Shown here one piece after another: positions 1 through 12,983 of a stretch of 64,000 nucleotides of DNA. The notes beneath the pieces were generated by a model. It saw only the letters and a program-made list of their open reading frames with translations, searched no databases and was not told the DNA's origin. Position 1 is the first letter of the stretch, and each line of letters begins with the position of its first letter. The stretch covers positions 744,001-808,000 of the forward strand of contig OY253676.1 in assembly GCA_958009085.1 (NCBI GenBank), written 5' to 3'. Source of the DNA: Protoeuglena noctilucae. Its lineage: Eukaryota. The position numbers were made by a program, and so were the translations under genes.

Positions 1-1356
1 ACCTCGCTGACGGACGCCGCACCGCTCCAACCGGCGTCGCTGCGTGTCACCGACAGGCTGGATTGTGCGCAGGTGGTGTCTTGCGAGGATGCCACGTCAG
101 CGTCCTCGGCAGTTCCCGGCCGCTCCTGCCCCTCTCTATTGATGCGACTCTCCTCGCCGCGCAAAGACTTGGTCGCCGCAGCCGTCCACGACCATTGCTG
201 CCGACCCGAGCCCGAGCCGCTTGCGCTGTCCCAAGACTGCCCCGGCTGGCTTCTCTCCCCGCTCCTCTCGCCTCCCTCATGCCGCGCGCATGATCGTGGC
301 AGCTCCGGGTTCGTCACCAAGACGGTGGTGTTTACCTCCACGTCCTTCGCAAATCCGCACGTGCCGTGCCAGTTTGCAGACGCCCCAGGGCCATCCAGGG
401 CGCTCAGGGGGATTTCCAAAGGCTCGTGGGGTCCGGCAAAGCGCGCCCCTGCGGCCGGTGCACGAACACGTCTCTTTCTGCAGCCGTACGGCTCCGATGC
501 GCGGCAGGACGAATGATTTCTCACCCTTGGGCATTGTGAAAGAGATGCTTGCTTGATAGGGCCGGGCATTCGCACCCTCTTCTCTGCTGGAGATGTAGCC
601 ATCGTCGTACGCCCAGCGGAGTAGCGCGGCCTCCCTGCACGTCCAGGACGCCAGGTGCATTTTACAGTTTGCGCTTCAGCAGGAACGCACAGCCTGCGAC
701 AGTCAGATAGGGCCACCCACCTCGCTTGGGCCGGCCATGCGAGCTCTCCAGCCGCGATGGGCTCGAGCACGGGCCGATTCGTGCCCATATCGGCAAGTAC
801 ATGGTTTGAGCTACATCCGGTCGCTCGGTTACATCGCAGGAGGCTGAGCGAACCCAAGCAGCCAGCCCCCTCGTGCCAGTGGTACGCCCCTGCGCAAGCC
901 CATCTCCTGTGACGCGCGGCCCATGACGGCGTGAGATATTATTGTGGATGCTAAAGTAAACCATCGCTGCGTTAGTAGCCATTTTCGTTGTCCCCGCGGG
1001 ACAGGGGAGGCGAAAACACTTCCCGTTGTTGCTTCTTAGCATTTTTACGAATCGCAGGCGGAGGCCTGATTATGTCGTGCGCCAGCCTCGCCCCGATGAC
1101 GGCTTCATGTGCGACGGGGACTCCGCCCGGCACGGCACTCGGGTGCGCGGCCTCGGCGCTGCAGTAGGGGCAGTCGCACGCATACCAGCATTGCAAGCTT
1201 CATGACCCAATCCTGGTCGGTCATATCTCGCGCTGCAAAGCACATCCATTCTATATTTGTGGCGCAACCAAACCTTCTGCATGTTCTCATCACCTCCCGG
1301 CTGACTGACGGTGAGCCCTCCGTCCTGCCTGCAGTGTCGGCGCGCCATGCCCAGCC

Positions 1357-4052
1357 ATGGCGGAACGAGTGGCCCGCACGATCGCCGAGTATCGCGCGGC
1401 CGCGCAGAATCCCTCGAAGGACGCCGCTAGCCCCGCTGTGCAGCGCGCGCTGACGATGCTCACGAGGAAGGTCGCCGAGTTGGAGTCGGCTCTGCGACAG
1501 AGCAACCAGGTGCCTGAAGCGAGATGCCACATGCCGTTGCACTCTGAGAGACCCGACAGGAACCTCATTCTCCGCCCAAGTCACCTACACGATCGCAGGA
1601 GCGGGACGCTGCACTTGCGCAGGCATCGACAGCGCAGCACGACTTAAAGAGCGCAGTTGAGGAGTCCGCGCGGCTGCGGGAGTCGGAGGCCCGTCGCGCT
1701 GCCGAGGAGGTGGCGCTGCGGGCGGAGTTGCGGGAGGCGGGGCGCGTGGCGGCAGCGGGGAGGGAGGCAGCAGAGAGAGTACAGGCACTGGAGGCAGGGG
1801 CAGCAGAGTCCCGGGCCGCGCTGGGGAAAGCGGAGGCCGAACTAGCGCGGTCCAAGGAGGCGGCGGGTGCGCTGGAGGCGGAGCTGCGGACCTTGCGTGC
1901 GGAGCGTGAGGCGGGACGCGATGCCGAGCTGGAGCTGGTGCAGGTGTGACGCAGTGCCAGGCACAGGACATGCGATGCGGCGCAAGGCAATTCGCGTACA
2001 TTCTTTGATTCGCCGGTACCGACATCGTTCTCTCAGGTCCGGTGCGAGCGAGACGACGCCGAGCGGCGGTGCCGGGGGCTGGAGGAGCGGCTGGAGGAGC
2101 TGCTGAGGGAGAGGGAGCGGGAGCGGGAGCGGAAGGAACGCGAGGTAGTCCCGGTGGCCACGGATTCGGCCCCGCCGGGCGTCGAGGAGCGGCTGCGTAA
2201 GGCGGAGGCGGCAGTGACGCTGCTCGAGGGGGCCGTGGAGACGGAGCGAGCGTCCGGGAAGGCTGGGTGGGACAAGGTCGAGGCACTGGAGCGGTCATTG
2301 GCAGAGCTGCGCATCCAGGTGTGGAAGCATTGGGCTGATGGGGCTGCAGGGATGCGCGCCGGGGCTGTCGTGCGCGCCCTCAACGCGCCTTACTCATCCT
2401 GTGGATGTGTGGCCTTGGCTCGTACTGAGATCCACTAGGAGCTTTCTTCTGTGGGCTCTCTGCTTTGTTGATTGCAAATTGCGTCCTGGCACCCTGGCTG
2501 CAACCCTCGGTGCCCCCAGATGGGCGAGGTGACGGCGCAGCGTGACGCGGCAGAGCGCGAGAGGAGCCGTGCAGTGCGGCAACTCGACGAGGCCATGGCG
2601 GCACGCGACGTGCTGATGGCAACGAACGCGCGGCTGGTGGCGCGGCTTGAGCGACTGACTGAGATGCGGGACGGGGAGGGCGGCAATGCGACGTCATCAA
2701 AACCGGCGGCGGCTGCCAGGTGAGACGCAGTAACGGGTTCTCTCTGTGCCTCAGCTTCGGCGTCCTGTGTGCGTTCATATGTAAGACTCGCTGCTCACCT
2801 CTGTGACCACATCCAGCCTCATTTGATGTCACGACGTGCCTGTCCCCACTTACGTCCCCTCCATGTCACCGCAGGGCCCCGCCGCGCCCCAGCAGTGCCC
2901 GCGTGTCCCGCCCCGTCGCGAACGCACCGCGTGGGAACAAGGGGCCCTGCCGGGACCACCGGGCGTTGTCTGCCGGTCACGCGGCGCGCACCGTGGTCCG
3001 TGGGCCCTCCGAGTCCCTGATGCAGCCGACGGCGAGCCAGCTGGCCGGGGAGGGCGTGACGGGCGCGGACCGGCGCTGGGTCCGGTCCCTGCGCAAGGGC
3101 GGCAACACGCACGAAGACCGGTGCGGGTGCCCTGAGTGCCGCGTCGACACGATCGTGGCCAGGGAGGCTGCCCAGAAGCGCTCTGCGGAGGCCGTCGAGG
3201 CGTTTCAAGAACGCATGGAGCGCGCCAGGACCATCTACGGCGGGTGCTACTGGTGAGGGCCCCGTTGCGTGCGATGCGGACGTACCAGGGGTGATGGTGA
3301 TACCAAAGGGCTGCCCCGTGGCTTCAAAAAGAGACACAGGGGAGGTCACACTGGCTGGCAAGATGTCTTCGTCGCCTCCTCTGCGCCGCAGCCACCCGGC
3401 AGGGAGGGACGCGGGCCTTGCGGCGTCGTGCCGCTGTGGGGCGGTGTTTGCGACCGACCCGCGCGACCCTTCCCTGCGGTCGCCGGGCCGGCGGGGGCGC
3501 AGCAGCAGCCCGGGGCGGGGCGCAGGCGGGTCTCGGGGCGCGACGGGCGCGTCGCAGCTCGGCGGGCTGGCGGCAGGATCGGGAGGGGCCGGGCCTCGGT
3601 CGGCTGTGCCGGAGTGGGCCAGGAGCAGCGCTAACGCAGCGTCGCCCGCATGGTGGGGCTCGCGGCGCACGGAGGACGGCGCGGGGACTAAGGCCGGGGC
3701 GCGTGGGGTGGTGGGGGTGTCGTGGCAACGTGCGGGGTCCGAGGCGGCAGGGATCATCCGTGAGTTGGAGCAGGAGTACGAGGCGCTGCAGACGCGGTAC
3801 CATGTCCTGGCGACGACGATCCAGCGGCAGGGCGCGGGGGAGGCCCTGGCGGAGGGAGCATCGCCTGAGGTGAGCGGGGTTGGCGGGTTGAGTTACCATG
3901 GGCGCACAGTGGGCAGTGGCTGGGAAGAGGCTGTTAGCGACTAACCGGGTTTCTCGACTCTTGACACGCAGGAGCTGGAGGAGGTGACGCTGGCTTTGGA
4001 GCTCAAGGCCCATCAGCTGGCGGCGCTGCAGTCGGCGTTTGGCGTGGCGTGA
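1357..4052 (+). CDS. Multi-exon coiled-coil protein, Cep57/translokin-like centriolar protein
   Basis: Exons joined at GT-AG sites (about 1357-1509, 1623-1943, 2037-2318, 2520-2719, 2875-3252, 3392-3869, 3972-4052). The N-terminal AVQRALTMLTRKVAELE and the C-terminal IIRELEQEYEALQTRYHVL...ELEEVTLALELKAHQLAAL resemble the Cep57 N-terminal motif and microtubule-binding domain. Long heptad coiled coils lie between them. Confidence 0.55.
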
Positions 4053-4216
4053 GACAAAGCGTGTAGCACTTTTCAAGTCTCCTTGTTGCAATTGGTCTTT
4101 CCTGGCCAACATAGGCCTCGCTATGCATCAGTCGTTTATTGATAGCTAGTAGACGATCAGGGGTTAGCTAATCAGGGCTAACAGTCAGCTCCTCGCATCA
4201 TGACGCGCTCATCACT

Positions 4217-6628
4217 TCACCAGAGCGGCCCCCGCGACTGTCGCAGCTCGGTGCTGGATATGTCCCGGCGGAACTCCCTCTCCCCAATCCCCACGAACAT
4301 GTCTAAGGCCTCCAGGCTGTTGGGGATCTCCACGTCGTCCAATGTCAGAAACGCCGTCCCACCCTGGCCTGACCCGATGGACTTGCCCTGCGCGCACCTC
4401 GCTGCTGGGGCTCGTTGCACAACCACCACAGCACCACTGCTGCTAAATGCACCACGTACATCCAGACCCTTCCCGTATGTGCTCATATCACCGTGCACCT
4501 GCCCCATGAAATCATTGAACCATGCAACCCCCGCATGCCACCCACCGCCGCGCACCTGTGCCACGCGCCCCCCCACGACGAACCGACTCCCGCTGGCCCG
4601 TAGCCTCGTAAACTGCCGCACCATCTCCATCTCCGAGTTGCCGTAGTATTTGGGCATGACTAGCCGGACAGCCGTGTCGTGTCCCACCGCAAACCACGCC
4701 CCCGGGAACAGCTCGCCCTTCTGGGTGAAGAGGGGGGCCCGCGTGACCACCACGCTGCGTGCGTGCGGGGAGGAGAGGCAGTGAGCAGCCCGACCACCGT
4801 GACACTAGGGGAGAGGCCAAGCGAGGTCCCTGATTGTGTGTAAGGGTGGCAGCATGGAGCACATACAGTGAACGACATCATACCTATGTAAATAGGAAAG
4901 CGTCCAGGGAGCAAGAGCGAGCAGGAGCGTTCCTGCTCGGCTCATGGGACGTGGCAGTGGTGTGGCACAAGCACCGACACTGCCGCACGCTCTGCCCTCA
5001 CCCGTGGCCGGTTTCCAGTATCCCCTCGACGCGCGACCGGGCCTCCTCGATGGACATCATCCCCTTATCCGCGTTCTGGATGGTGAGCTCAAACACGCCC
5101 CCGACGTCGTCCCCCCGCCTCCGCACCGTCTGCACCGCCGTCCTCAGCAAGTCAATGTGGCCCTGCGTTCCAATAAAATGCAAGAGATTAGATATCGCAG
5201 ATAGCCGGTCTGTCGAGTCGAGTCCCTGCCTTGCAGCGATGGACGTCACAGGGACAGCTTAGCGCCCGTGTGCTGACCCACCCCAGGTGCCGGACCCCGT
5301 CACAGTCTCGCATACGTTCGGCCCCACTTCTCATGGCAGTGGTCACCTGATGGACGGGGTTGAAGCTCCCTGACAGCAGCACCAGGCCACGCCGGGGGGC
5401 ATCCACCACCACCCGCGTCGCACCGTCTTCCCGCCAAAACTCCACGCAACGCACGCGGCCGTCCACAAGAGCCTCCAGCGGATCGCCCAAACTCTGCAGG
5501 CAAAGACGAGCAGACGGGGAGCTGCGTCTTTTACACCCAGCACACCTAGGGCACCACCCATAGTGGCCCACGCTACTCCCACCCCACCCGACCCTCGCCT
5601 CTCTCGCACCTGGCTCCACCATCAATCCAAACAGCCCCGCCCACCCATCGCCTCACCTCTACCCCGCTCTCAACCACCCCGCTCCCCTTGAACTCCTCCT
5701 CCAGGTCGGGTGGCACCGTGACCCCCGACGCTTTTGCCAGGAGCAGCAGGGCGGCCAGGCTCGCGACGGCGTCCTCGTCCGCACGGTCACTGGGGCCAGT
5801 GGGGAGCAGAGCGAGGGGTGTGAAAGGGGGACAGAAAGCGGTGCTTGCTGGCTCGCATGGCAGCGTGGACGTTATCATCGTTGTTGCTGCCGCTGCCTGC
5901 CCCGCACCGTTCGCCCTTGGCAAGCGAGATGCCGAGAACATGCGTGGTGACGTCGTCATGAACTGCGGCCCACGCGCGGTGGTCTCCCTTCTTGGGTTGC
6001 GCAGACACGAGCGCACATGTGGCTGCCACGCCCAACACCGGCGCGGACTCGTCGATGCGCGTCAGCTGCACCGCGCGGCGGTAGGCTTGCCGCGCCATCA
6101 TCAGCACCACGCCGCGGTTGCAGGAACTGACCACGGGCGTCCCGAGAAAGTCGGCCAGGCTCTCGCGGCTGTAGGGCGTGACCGCCTGCGCGTGTGCGGC
6201 GCGAGAGATGTCGATCGCTGGCATGGTACGGTACTATAGTTTGAAAGTCACATCGGAGCGTTGCGAACTCGCGAGGAGATCGCGAGCGTCACCTCGAGGA
6301 CGGTGGAGGACGCGCCAGGCACGGTGAGGAGCCACGCGGGCAGCTGCGCGGCCCCTCCTGTGGTCGCGATGACCGCGAGAGGTGGTCGCGCATGGATGCT
6401 CGCCACCAGAGACTCCACCTCGGCCCTCAGCCGCGTAGCCATCGACATCGAAGCGGACGAGAGAGCGCGAGGAGTCCGGAGGAGCCCTGGAACACCCAGA
6501 GGGGCCCGAGTCGCGCCCGACCGACAGATGCCCGTAAATAGGATGGGACTCAGTCGGCAGCGAGCGCAGATATGCGGCTGCGGCGCGAGAAAGGCCTGCC
6601 TCAGAGCGCCCCGGACCACGCCCGCCAT
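4217..6628 (-). CDS. Nucleotidyltransferase (NMNAT/cytidylyltransferase-like, POF1-like) with an N-terminal CinA-C-like domain and a possible organellar transit peptide
   Basis: N-terminal domain TGGAAQLPAWLLTVPGASSTVLE...TPYSRESL...GVAATCALVSAQPKKGDHRA. The HxGH motif SGSFNPVHQ|GHIDLL is split by an intron. Also VVTRAPLFTQKGELFPG, FAVGHDTAVRLV and C-terminal DISSTELR. Alternative start at 6448. Confidence 0.8.
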
Positions 6629-7001
6629 CCCTGCTGGGCGAAGGCGTCCCGGGCGGGCGCTGAAGCCTGTGCTACGCTGATGCACCGGTCACGGGGAGGC
6701 AGATGCTTCTTTTTGAAGCGAATTGCGGTGCCAGGTGCCATTGCCCAGCGCAAGTCGGTAAAACAGCTTACTACTAAATCTTGAGATGCTGGCCGTGTAT
6801 TGTGGTCACTTTGCCACGTTCTAGGCAACCTAAAGACGACCAAGTCACAACCCTCGCGCCTTGCTTGAACGCAACGAGTGTGCAGGTCGCCCTTGCGTGT
6901 GACGAGTCTTAGAGGCGCCGTTGGGGGGTTTTGGACAAGGCAGCCGTTGGGAAGATGTCAGAGGGGCCGGGGTTGGAGGGCAGGCCTCGACAGGGGAGCC
7001 A

Positions 7002-8237
7002 ATGGCGGGGTCCAGAGGTGACGACCTAGGACGCCGCGCTCTTTGGGGCGCGGAACACTTGTTAAGCGTCGCCTCCGGACGCGGACGCGTGATAGCCTCA
7101 AGCACTCCGCGGTGCGCTGCAACAGTATCGCGCTATCGCGACGGGCCAGCCCCACTTTCCTCGGTCCCTTTGCAGGCCGCGCCCGGGCCGCAGTCGACGG
7201 GGAACAGCGTTGACGACACTCCCCTAATGTACCAGTACTACATGCAGCAGGTGAGGCGTGGGGTGTGACGCCATGGCGCGGGCGCCGAGTACACACCGCC
7301 CTGCATCGCCCGAGCCACGCCGTCCGACCTTCGCCGCGCAGGAGCCCGTCACGGAGACGTGGTATGACAAGGTCTTCGGCAGGCTCTGGCGACGGAGCCA
7401 GCGCCGGTCCGCGAGGCAGCGGATGCAGGGCCAGAGTGCGTACTTCGCTCTTGTGCCGCTCAGCGACGACCGGCTCAGCCCCGCGCGGACGCGCCTCGCC
7501 GTCGCTATCCTTCTTATCCTCGCGGTCGCATTGATAGCGGCCACGTTTGTCCTCGTTCCGCGCGGCGTCTCCATCGGAAAGATCGAGGTGAGTTTGCCAC
7601 CTCGAAATTGCGCGGCGCAGAGTACTATCGCGCCCCGTGGTCAGCCCAGTGTGTTGCTAGGGACATTCGTAACTGCCCTGTGGCTTGGCTTTCCAGGTCG
7701 ACGTGGAGCAGATGGCGTGGAGCTCGGACTCGAAGACGTACGAGCTCCGCCTGAGCATGACGGTCCCGATATACAACCCGAACTACCTGCCCGTCACGCT
7801 GGGGGGCGACCTGCGCACGCTCTTCTACACCTCCGAGGCGGGGGCGACCGCGTTCGCGGGGGAGCGCATCCCGCCGCGCGCGTTGCCGCACAACGTGACG
7901 GTGCACGTCAACGCAGGCCGCCTGGACCAGAATTTCATTTGGACGGTGCTCAACCAGTGCTCCACGTTCCCGCACACGCTCATATTCTTGCTGGAGGGGC
8001 GCCTGGACGTCACGACGCGGCTCGGGGGCACCACGAAGCTCCCAGAAATCGACACCTACTTTTTCGTGCCATGCCAAAACAGGTGCGTCGCACTTGAGTC
8101 GATTTTGAGCTGCGCTGATCTTATGCATCGTTTTTCACGCGCGGCTGGGCGACGTGGTGGGTGCCGTCGCTGAGACTCCCCACTCCAACCCCCCCATCTC
8201 CTGCACTCGCAGCGACTTATTGTTGGCGGAGCGGTGA
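7002..8237 (+). CDS. TMEM106-family (LEA_2-domain) type II membrane protein
   Basis: ALVPLSDDRLSPARTRLAV, then one TM helix, then FVLVPRGVSI, then a beta-rich domain with VPIYNPNYLPV. This matches the TMEM106 ALIPYSDQRLxPxRT...FLFPRS pattern. Start and last exon are inferred. Confidence 0.75.
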
Positions 8238-8708
8238 TGGGAGCGCACGCGCAAGCCTCCCTCATTGACAGTCTCTAAGCAAGCGAATCTTATGATGCAG
8301 GGCGGAGTTTGTGCAGCCTCTCCGCTCATCGCTCGTCGCAGCCCTGCCCAAACTTAGCCTTGCTTTTCTAAAGCCCATAAGGTGCCGCCACAGTGGCTAG
8401 CACTCTTTTCGCCTGGGCCTCTGCATGCCATTCAAACAGGGCCGTGCGCCCTTGCTCGTCTAAGTGCCCATGAAATCGCGTCCAGCCGTGCAGCATTGCT
8501 GTCGCGAAGCGCCACAGCGAGGGCACAGAGCACGTTCGTGCATGGAAAGGGGTCTAGTCATATCATGGGGACACGTGCACAGCCAGAAAATCACAGGGCT
8601 GGGTGACAGATTGCTACTCGCGAGCGGATGCCCGATGCATGCAAAGCGAGGCACGGTGTGGGTGCTACATGTAGAAAACAAGCGTCGTGCTTGCTCCGTT
8701 GCCGCGCC

Positions 8709-11700
8709 TCACGGCGAGGCCCCGATGGTTGCAGGCCCTCCCTCTGCGGCCGGGCCCCCCGTGTTCTCCTCTGGCCGAAGGATGGCCGACCGCACGAAGA
8801 GCCCGCACCCGGGCGCGCACGAGAAGTAGGGCACGCCGCTGACGGTGCCGTCATTCTTGCCATCCGGCCTCTCGAGCTCCATTCCCACGAAGTCGCCCTC
8901 CCCGAACGCCGTGGGCCCAAAGTAGCGGATGACCGCCCTCAGCCGACGACGGTTGCCCACGATCACCTGAGGGCGCGCAAGGTGTGGACATGTGAGATTG
9001 ATTACCCAAACAGAGTCGACCCCAAGCCAGATGCGCCACACCGGGACTGCCCATGGCGCCCAAGCCCGCATCTGCTGGCACCCCCGGTTCGCTCGCACAA
9101 TACAGTCACAATGGGATTGCCAGTGCCAGTGCCGCCGCTGCTACCCGCACAGCCTCGCAGCCGCACCTGGTCCCCCAGCTGAAACAGGCAGTTCTTCCTC
9201 GCTTGGTGGAGATGCTGGAGGCGGGATCCAGGCACGGCGGCGTCCACTCCCTCGGGGTCCGCCATTCCCGTGGACGCGTGCAGCACGTACCCCAGCTCCT
9301 CGAGCCTCCCGGCGTCGAGCAGCCGCGTGCACAGCGCCAGCACCTGCTGCGCGTGCTCCAGGTCGGCGCGGGTGCTGTCCAGCTCGGCCAAAAGCGAGTC
9401 CTCGTCATCGTAACCGTACCCCTCCTCCTCCAGGTCGTCTGCGATCATACACGGCCGAGGCATATGCTTATAACACGATACGATCGTGTGACGAGACACG
9501 AAATGCATATTGCATCTAGCAATCGGCTACGGTTGACGCGAGAGAGAAAAGGGCACGAGCCCACCCACGCGCACAGCTGCCACGCACCGTAGTCCGAATC
9601 GTGCGATGCGCTCGTCTCCTCATCGGGGCTGTAGTCCTCATCCTCCTCATCTTCTGACGCAGACGCGCCATGGCCCACAACCCCACCGCCCTTGGCAAGG
9701 GCCCCCCCAGAGGTCTCCACGCCACGCCCGGACGTCCCCGCGCGCGCGTCGCCCGGTCCCTGTGATCCCACATCCACGCGGCTCTGCGGCGCAGTCTGCA
9801 GGTCGTCCCCCGCTCCGCCCGCCCGCGCCCCGCCCGCCCCTCGGCTGTCCGCCGTGTCGCCGTCCTCCCCGGCCGGCCCGGCGTCGTCGGTGCTCTCCGT
9901 CCGCGCCCCGCCCGGCGCCGTTTTGCCGTCCGCGGGCGACGGGGACGCCGATCCACGCGCACCGTCGCCCGCCGCATGCGGCCCTGCCTCCCGGCCCGCG
10001 CTGCTCTCGGCGCCCGCTGAGCTCGGCGCCTCCGCGCTGGGCCCGCGCCCCGGCCCCGGCGTCTCCGAGGTCGCGTATCGGTACCCGGTCGCCAGGGGCG
10101 TGGGGGAGATGGGGAACGACGCAATGCGGTGACCGGCGGGGGTCTCAAACGCAGCCGCCCCCGCGTCGCTCGACGCGCGGGGCAGGGCCGGGGTGGCGGG
10201 CGCGGCGTCTCCGGACGCGCGCGGCTGGCCCGGGTGGCGCGGGACGGGCGCGGGGGTGCGGCCGGTCGCGATGGCGTCGTCGGGGGTTGCTGTGGTGGGT
10301 GGCCAGGCGGCGTCCTCTCGGCCCGGCCCCGTCTCCCGGATGCGCCGGGCGGCGTCCGCCGTGCGCGGCGACCAGGACGTGAGGATGGGCGTGGCGGAGG
10401 CCTTGATGGCGGAGGCAGTGGCGCGAGGGCCGACGTTGGCGCGCGTGCCGCGTGCCTTCCCCGCGCGGTCCCGGCGGGCGGCCTGGGTGCGGCGCGGCGC
10501 AGATGCGGGCGCGTCGGCCTCCCCTTTCCGCCGCCCCAGGCAGCCCTCGGCCCTGGCGTGGTCGTCGTCTGCGGGGGGCGTGGCGTTAACACCGCATGTC
10601 ATGACCATGGGTTGCTGTTATCAAACAGTCAGCCTTTAAAGCACGGCAGACACGGCACGGCCATAAGTAATACTAATCAACCAATGTCCACCCCATCTCG
10701 TTGCCAGCAACCCACCTGAGCCCCCTCGCACCCAGCCCCAAAAATGCACCCACACCCATCGCATCATCACCGTGTCCCTCACCGCGGTGCTCGTCTCTCG
10801 AATCGTACCCCGCGCCCTCCCAGTCCGTCCGCAGCCCCTCGCCCTCCTCATCCTCTCCAGCAAGGTTCTCCCTAGGGATGCGCTGCGCCACGCTGCCGTC
10901 GAAGTCACCCACAGGGCCTGCGCCAGGCACCCCACCCAACCGGGGCGTGCCCAGCGCCTGCCCGCCAGCCCGCCGCGCCCGGCTGCGCTGCCGGATGGCC
11001 GCCGCGGACGGCAGCGACCCCACCGCCGCGCCGCCGCCCTCCCGCGGCCCTTCTTCTGATGCCACCCTCTTCCGCGCCGCGCTCGCCCCCTCGCTCTTGG
11101 CCCGCCGCAGCTTGCCGCCCGCCTCCGCCGCCGCGTCGCCGTTCAAATCCCGATCCCGCCCTTTCTCTCCCTCCCCGCCGTCCTCCTCCGCCCCCTCGCA
11201 GTCCTCCTCGCCGTCCCCGTCCACCTCGTCCTGGGTGAAGGGGTCGGGCGCACCCCGCCGCCGGTAGTACACCGCCAGCTTGCCCGACTGGGACCGCTCG
11301 GGCAGCTGCGGAAGGTCCTCGGGCTCGCGAAGCTCCGGGAGGGTCATGCCCGGGTGCAGGAGCAGGGCGCGTCGGCGGGCTTCCAGGTAGGCGTCCCTGG
11401 GAGCGGAGATGGTGGGGTGGGGTGGGGTGGGGTGGGGTGGGGTGGAGTTGGCTGGGGTGGTGGGTTGGCTAGGGTGGAGATGGGGTGGATGGAAGAGTGA
11501 TAGAGATGGGTGGGGTGGAGTGAGGTCGGAGGAATGGAGTGAAGGTAAGACGATGGCGTTTGCGTGGTATTTGCGCACATCGACTCACCTCAGGCATGGG
11601 GTGTTGAGGAGCTGGGTGGCGGAGGGGCGCTGGTCGGGGGACTTGCGGAGCATGTTGCGGATCAGGTTGGCCCACTCGGGGGTGTAGTTCTGCACAGGCA

Positions 11701-12983
11701 AACAGAAGGGGACCGATGTGTGCCTGTGTCTGACGGCGCGCTCATCTCACACGCGCCATACGGGCCGTTGCACTTGCTGCACAGCGCTCGCACGAGCCAG
11801 GAACAGAACGCCGCAAAAACAACCAACGGATAAGCCCCCCACGCCCCTGGCCTGGCCCAGGCAGGCGACTCACGGGCGGGAGGGCGGGCATGGGCGCCCG
11901 CTTGATCTTGTGGATGAGGCCGTGGATGTTGAAGGCCGTGAAGGGCGGTTTCTGGGCCGACAGCTCGTAGAGGACGACGCCGAGGGAGAAGATGTCGGAT
12001 TTGAAACTGTACGGTCTCTTCGCCAGCAGCTCCGGGGACATGTAGTGCGGCGTGCCCACCAGGGAGTGGTCCTCGTCGCTGCCGCCCTCGCGCACCGTGG
12101 CGAGGCCGAAATCGCCCACCATGACGTTGCCCTCGGCCGTCAGGAAGATGTTTCCCGACTTGATGTCCCGGTGCAGCACTGACCGTGAGTGGCAGTGCTC
12201 CAGGGCCATCAGGCACTGGCACAGCCACAGCTTGAGGTTGGCCTCGGGGATGGGCTGCTTGCGCTGGCGGTAGCGGCCGAGCAGAGAACTCAAGTCGCCA
12301 CGCTCGCAGTAGCCGTACACGATGTTGATCGTGTGGCCGCGGTCCACCCAGGACTCGATGTAAGGCACCACGTAGGGGTGCTCTGCGGCGACGGGCGCAA
12401 AGCACAAAGTTGGCTGGGAGGGTGCATCAGTGGGAGGGAGCGCTGCGGTGAGGCGATGCTGGGGCGGCTGGGTGCTCGCCAGCTGAAGCGGGGGATTGGC
12501 GGGCCCCCGGCTGCCGGCGGTCAGCGCTCACCAAGGCTCATCGTAACCTGCATCTCCTGGAACGAGCTCTTGCGCTGCCAGTCCGTTTGGCGGGCCAGGC
12601 GGATCTTCTTCAGCACATACTGCTTTTTCGAATCCCTGCGGGGACCGGGGCGGCCGAACCAACGTCATTCAGATCATATCTGCGCGATCCGGGGCGCACG
12701 GAGCTGGCGTTCGTTGACCGAGGCGGGCGGGGGCGCCGCATTTGTTGGCGGCATGGGACGCACCGGTGGATGACGACGAAAGCGCTCCCGAAGGCCCCCC
12801 TTCCAATCTGCTCACGGATGTCATAGCGATCCTGCTCGCTGGGAGGCTGCGGGAGGGGCGAGGAACGGAGGCTTCCGACGTCAAACAGCCAAACGGTTGA
12901 AGCAACGTCGCTCGCGAGGCTTTGCGACCCGAAGGCCGTTCGCCGGGGCTCCAAAGCGACATGTGCATAGAATCAAACTGCAT
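8709..12983 (-). CDS. NEK: NIMA-related kinase (plant NEK clade) with a C-terminal CAP-Gly domain
   Basis: Kinase motifs EQIGRGAFG, YVLKKIRLARQT, HRDIKSGNIF, GDFGLA, VGTPHYMSPE and KSDIFSLG. Plant-NEK tail LCTRLLDAGRLEELGYVL. CAP-Gly RYFGPTAFGEGDFVGMELERPDGKNDGTVSGVPYFSCAPGCGLFVR at about 8790-8960. The first exon and start are uncertain. Confidence 0.85.

Noticed and set aside
1..980. Possible 5' exons of a minus-strand gene (for example ANWHGTCGFAKDVEVNTTVLVTNPELP)
   Set aside because: No recognisable motif, and I could not build a confident exon chain before the window edge.
9445..10719. Many long overlapping ORFs on both strands, here and throughout the window
   Set aside because: Expected from stop-codon scarcity at high GC; they are shadows of real exons.
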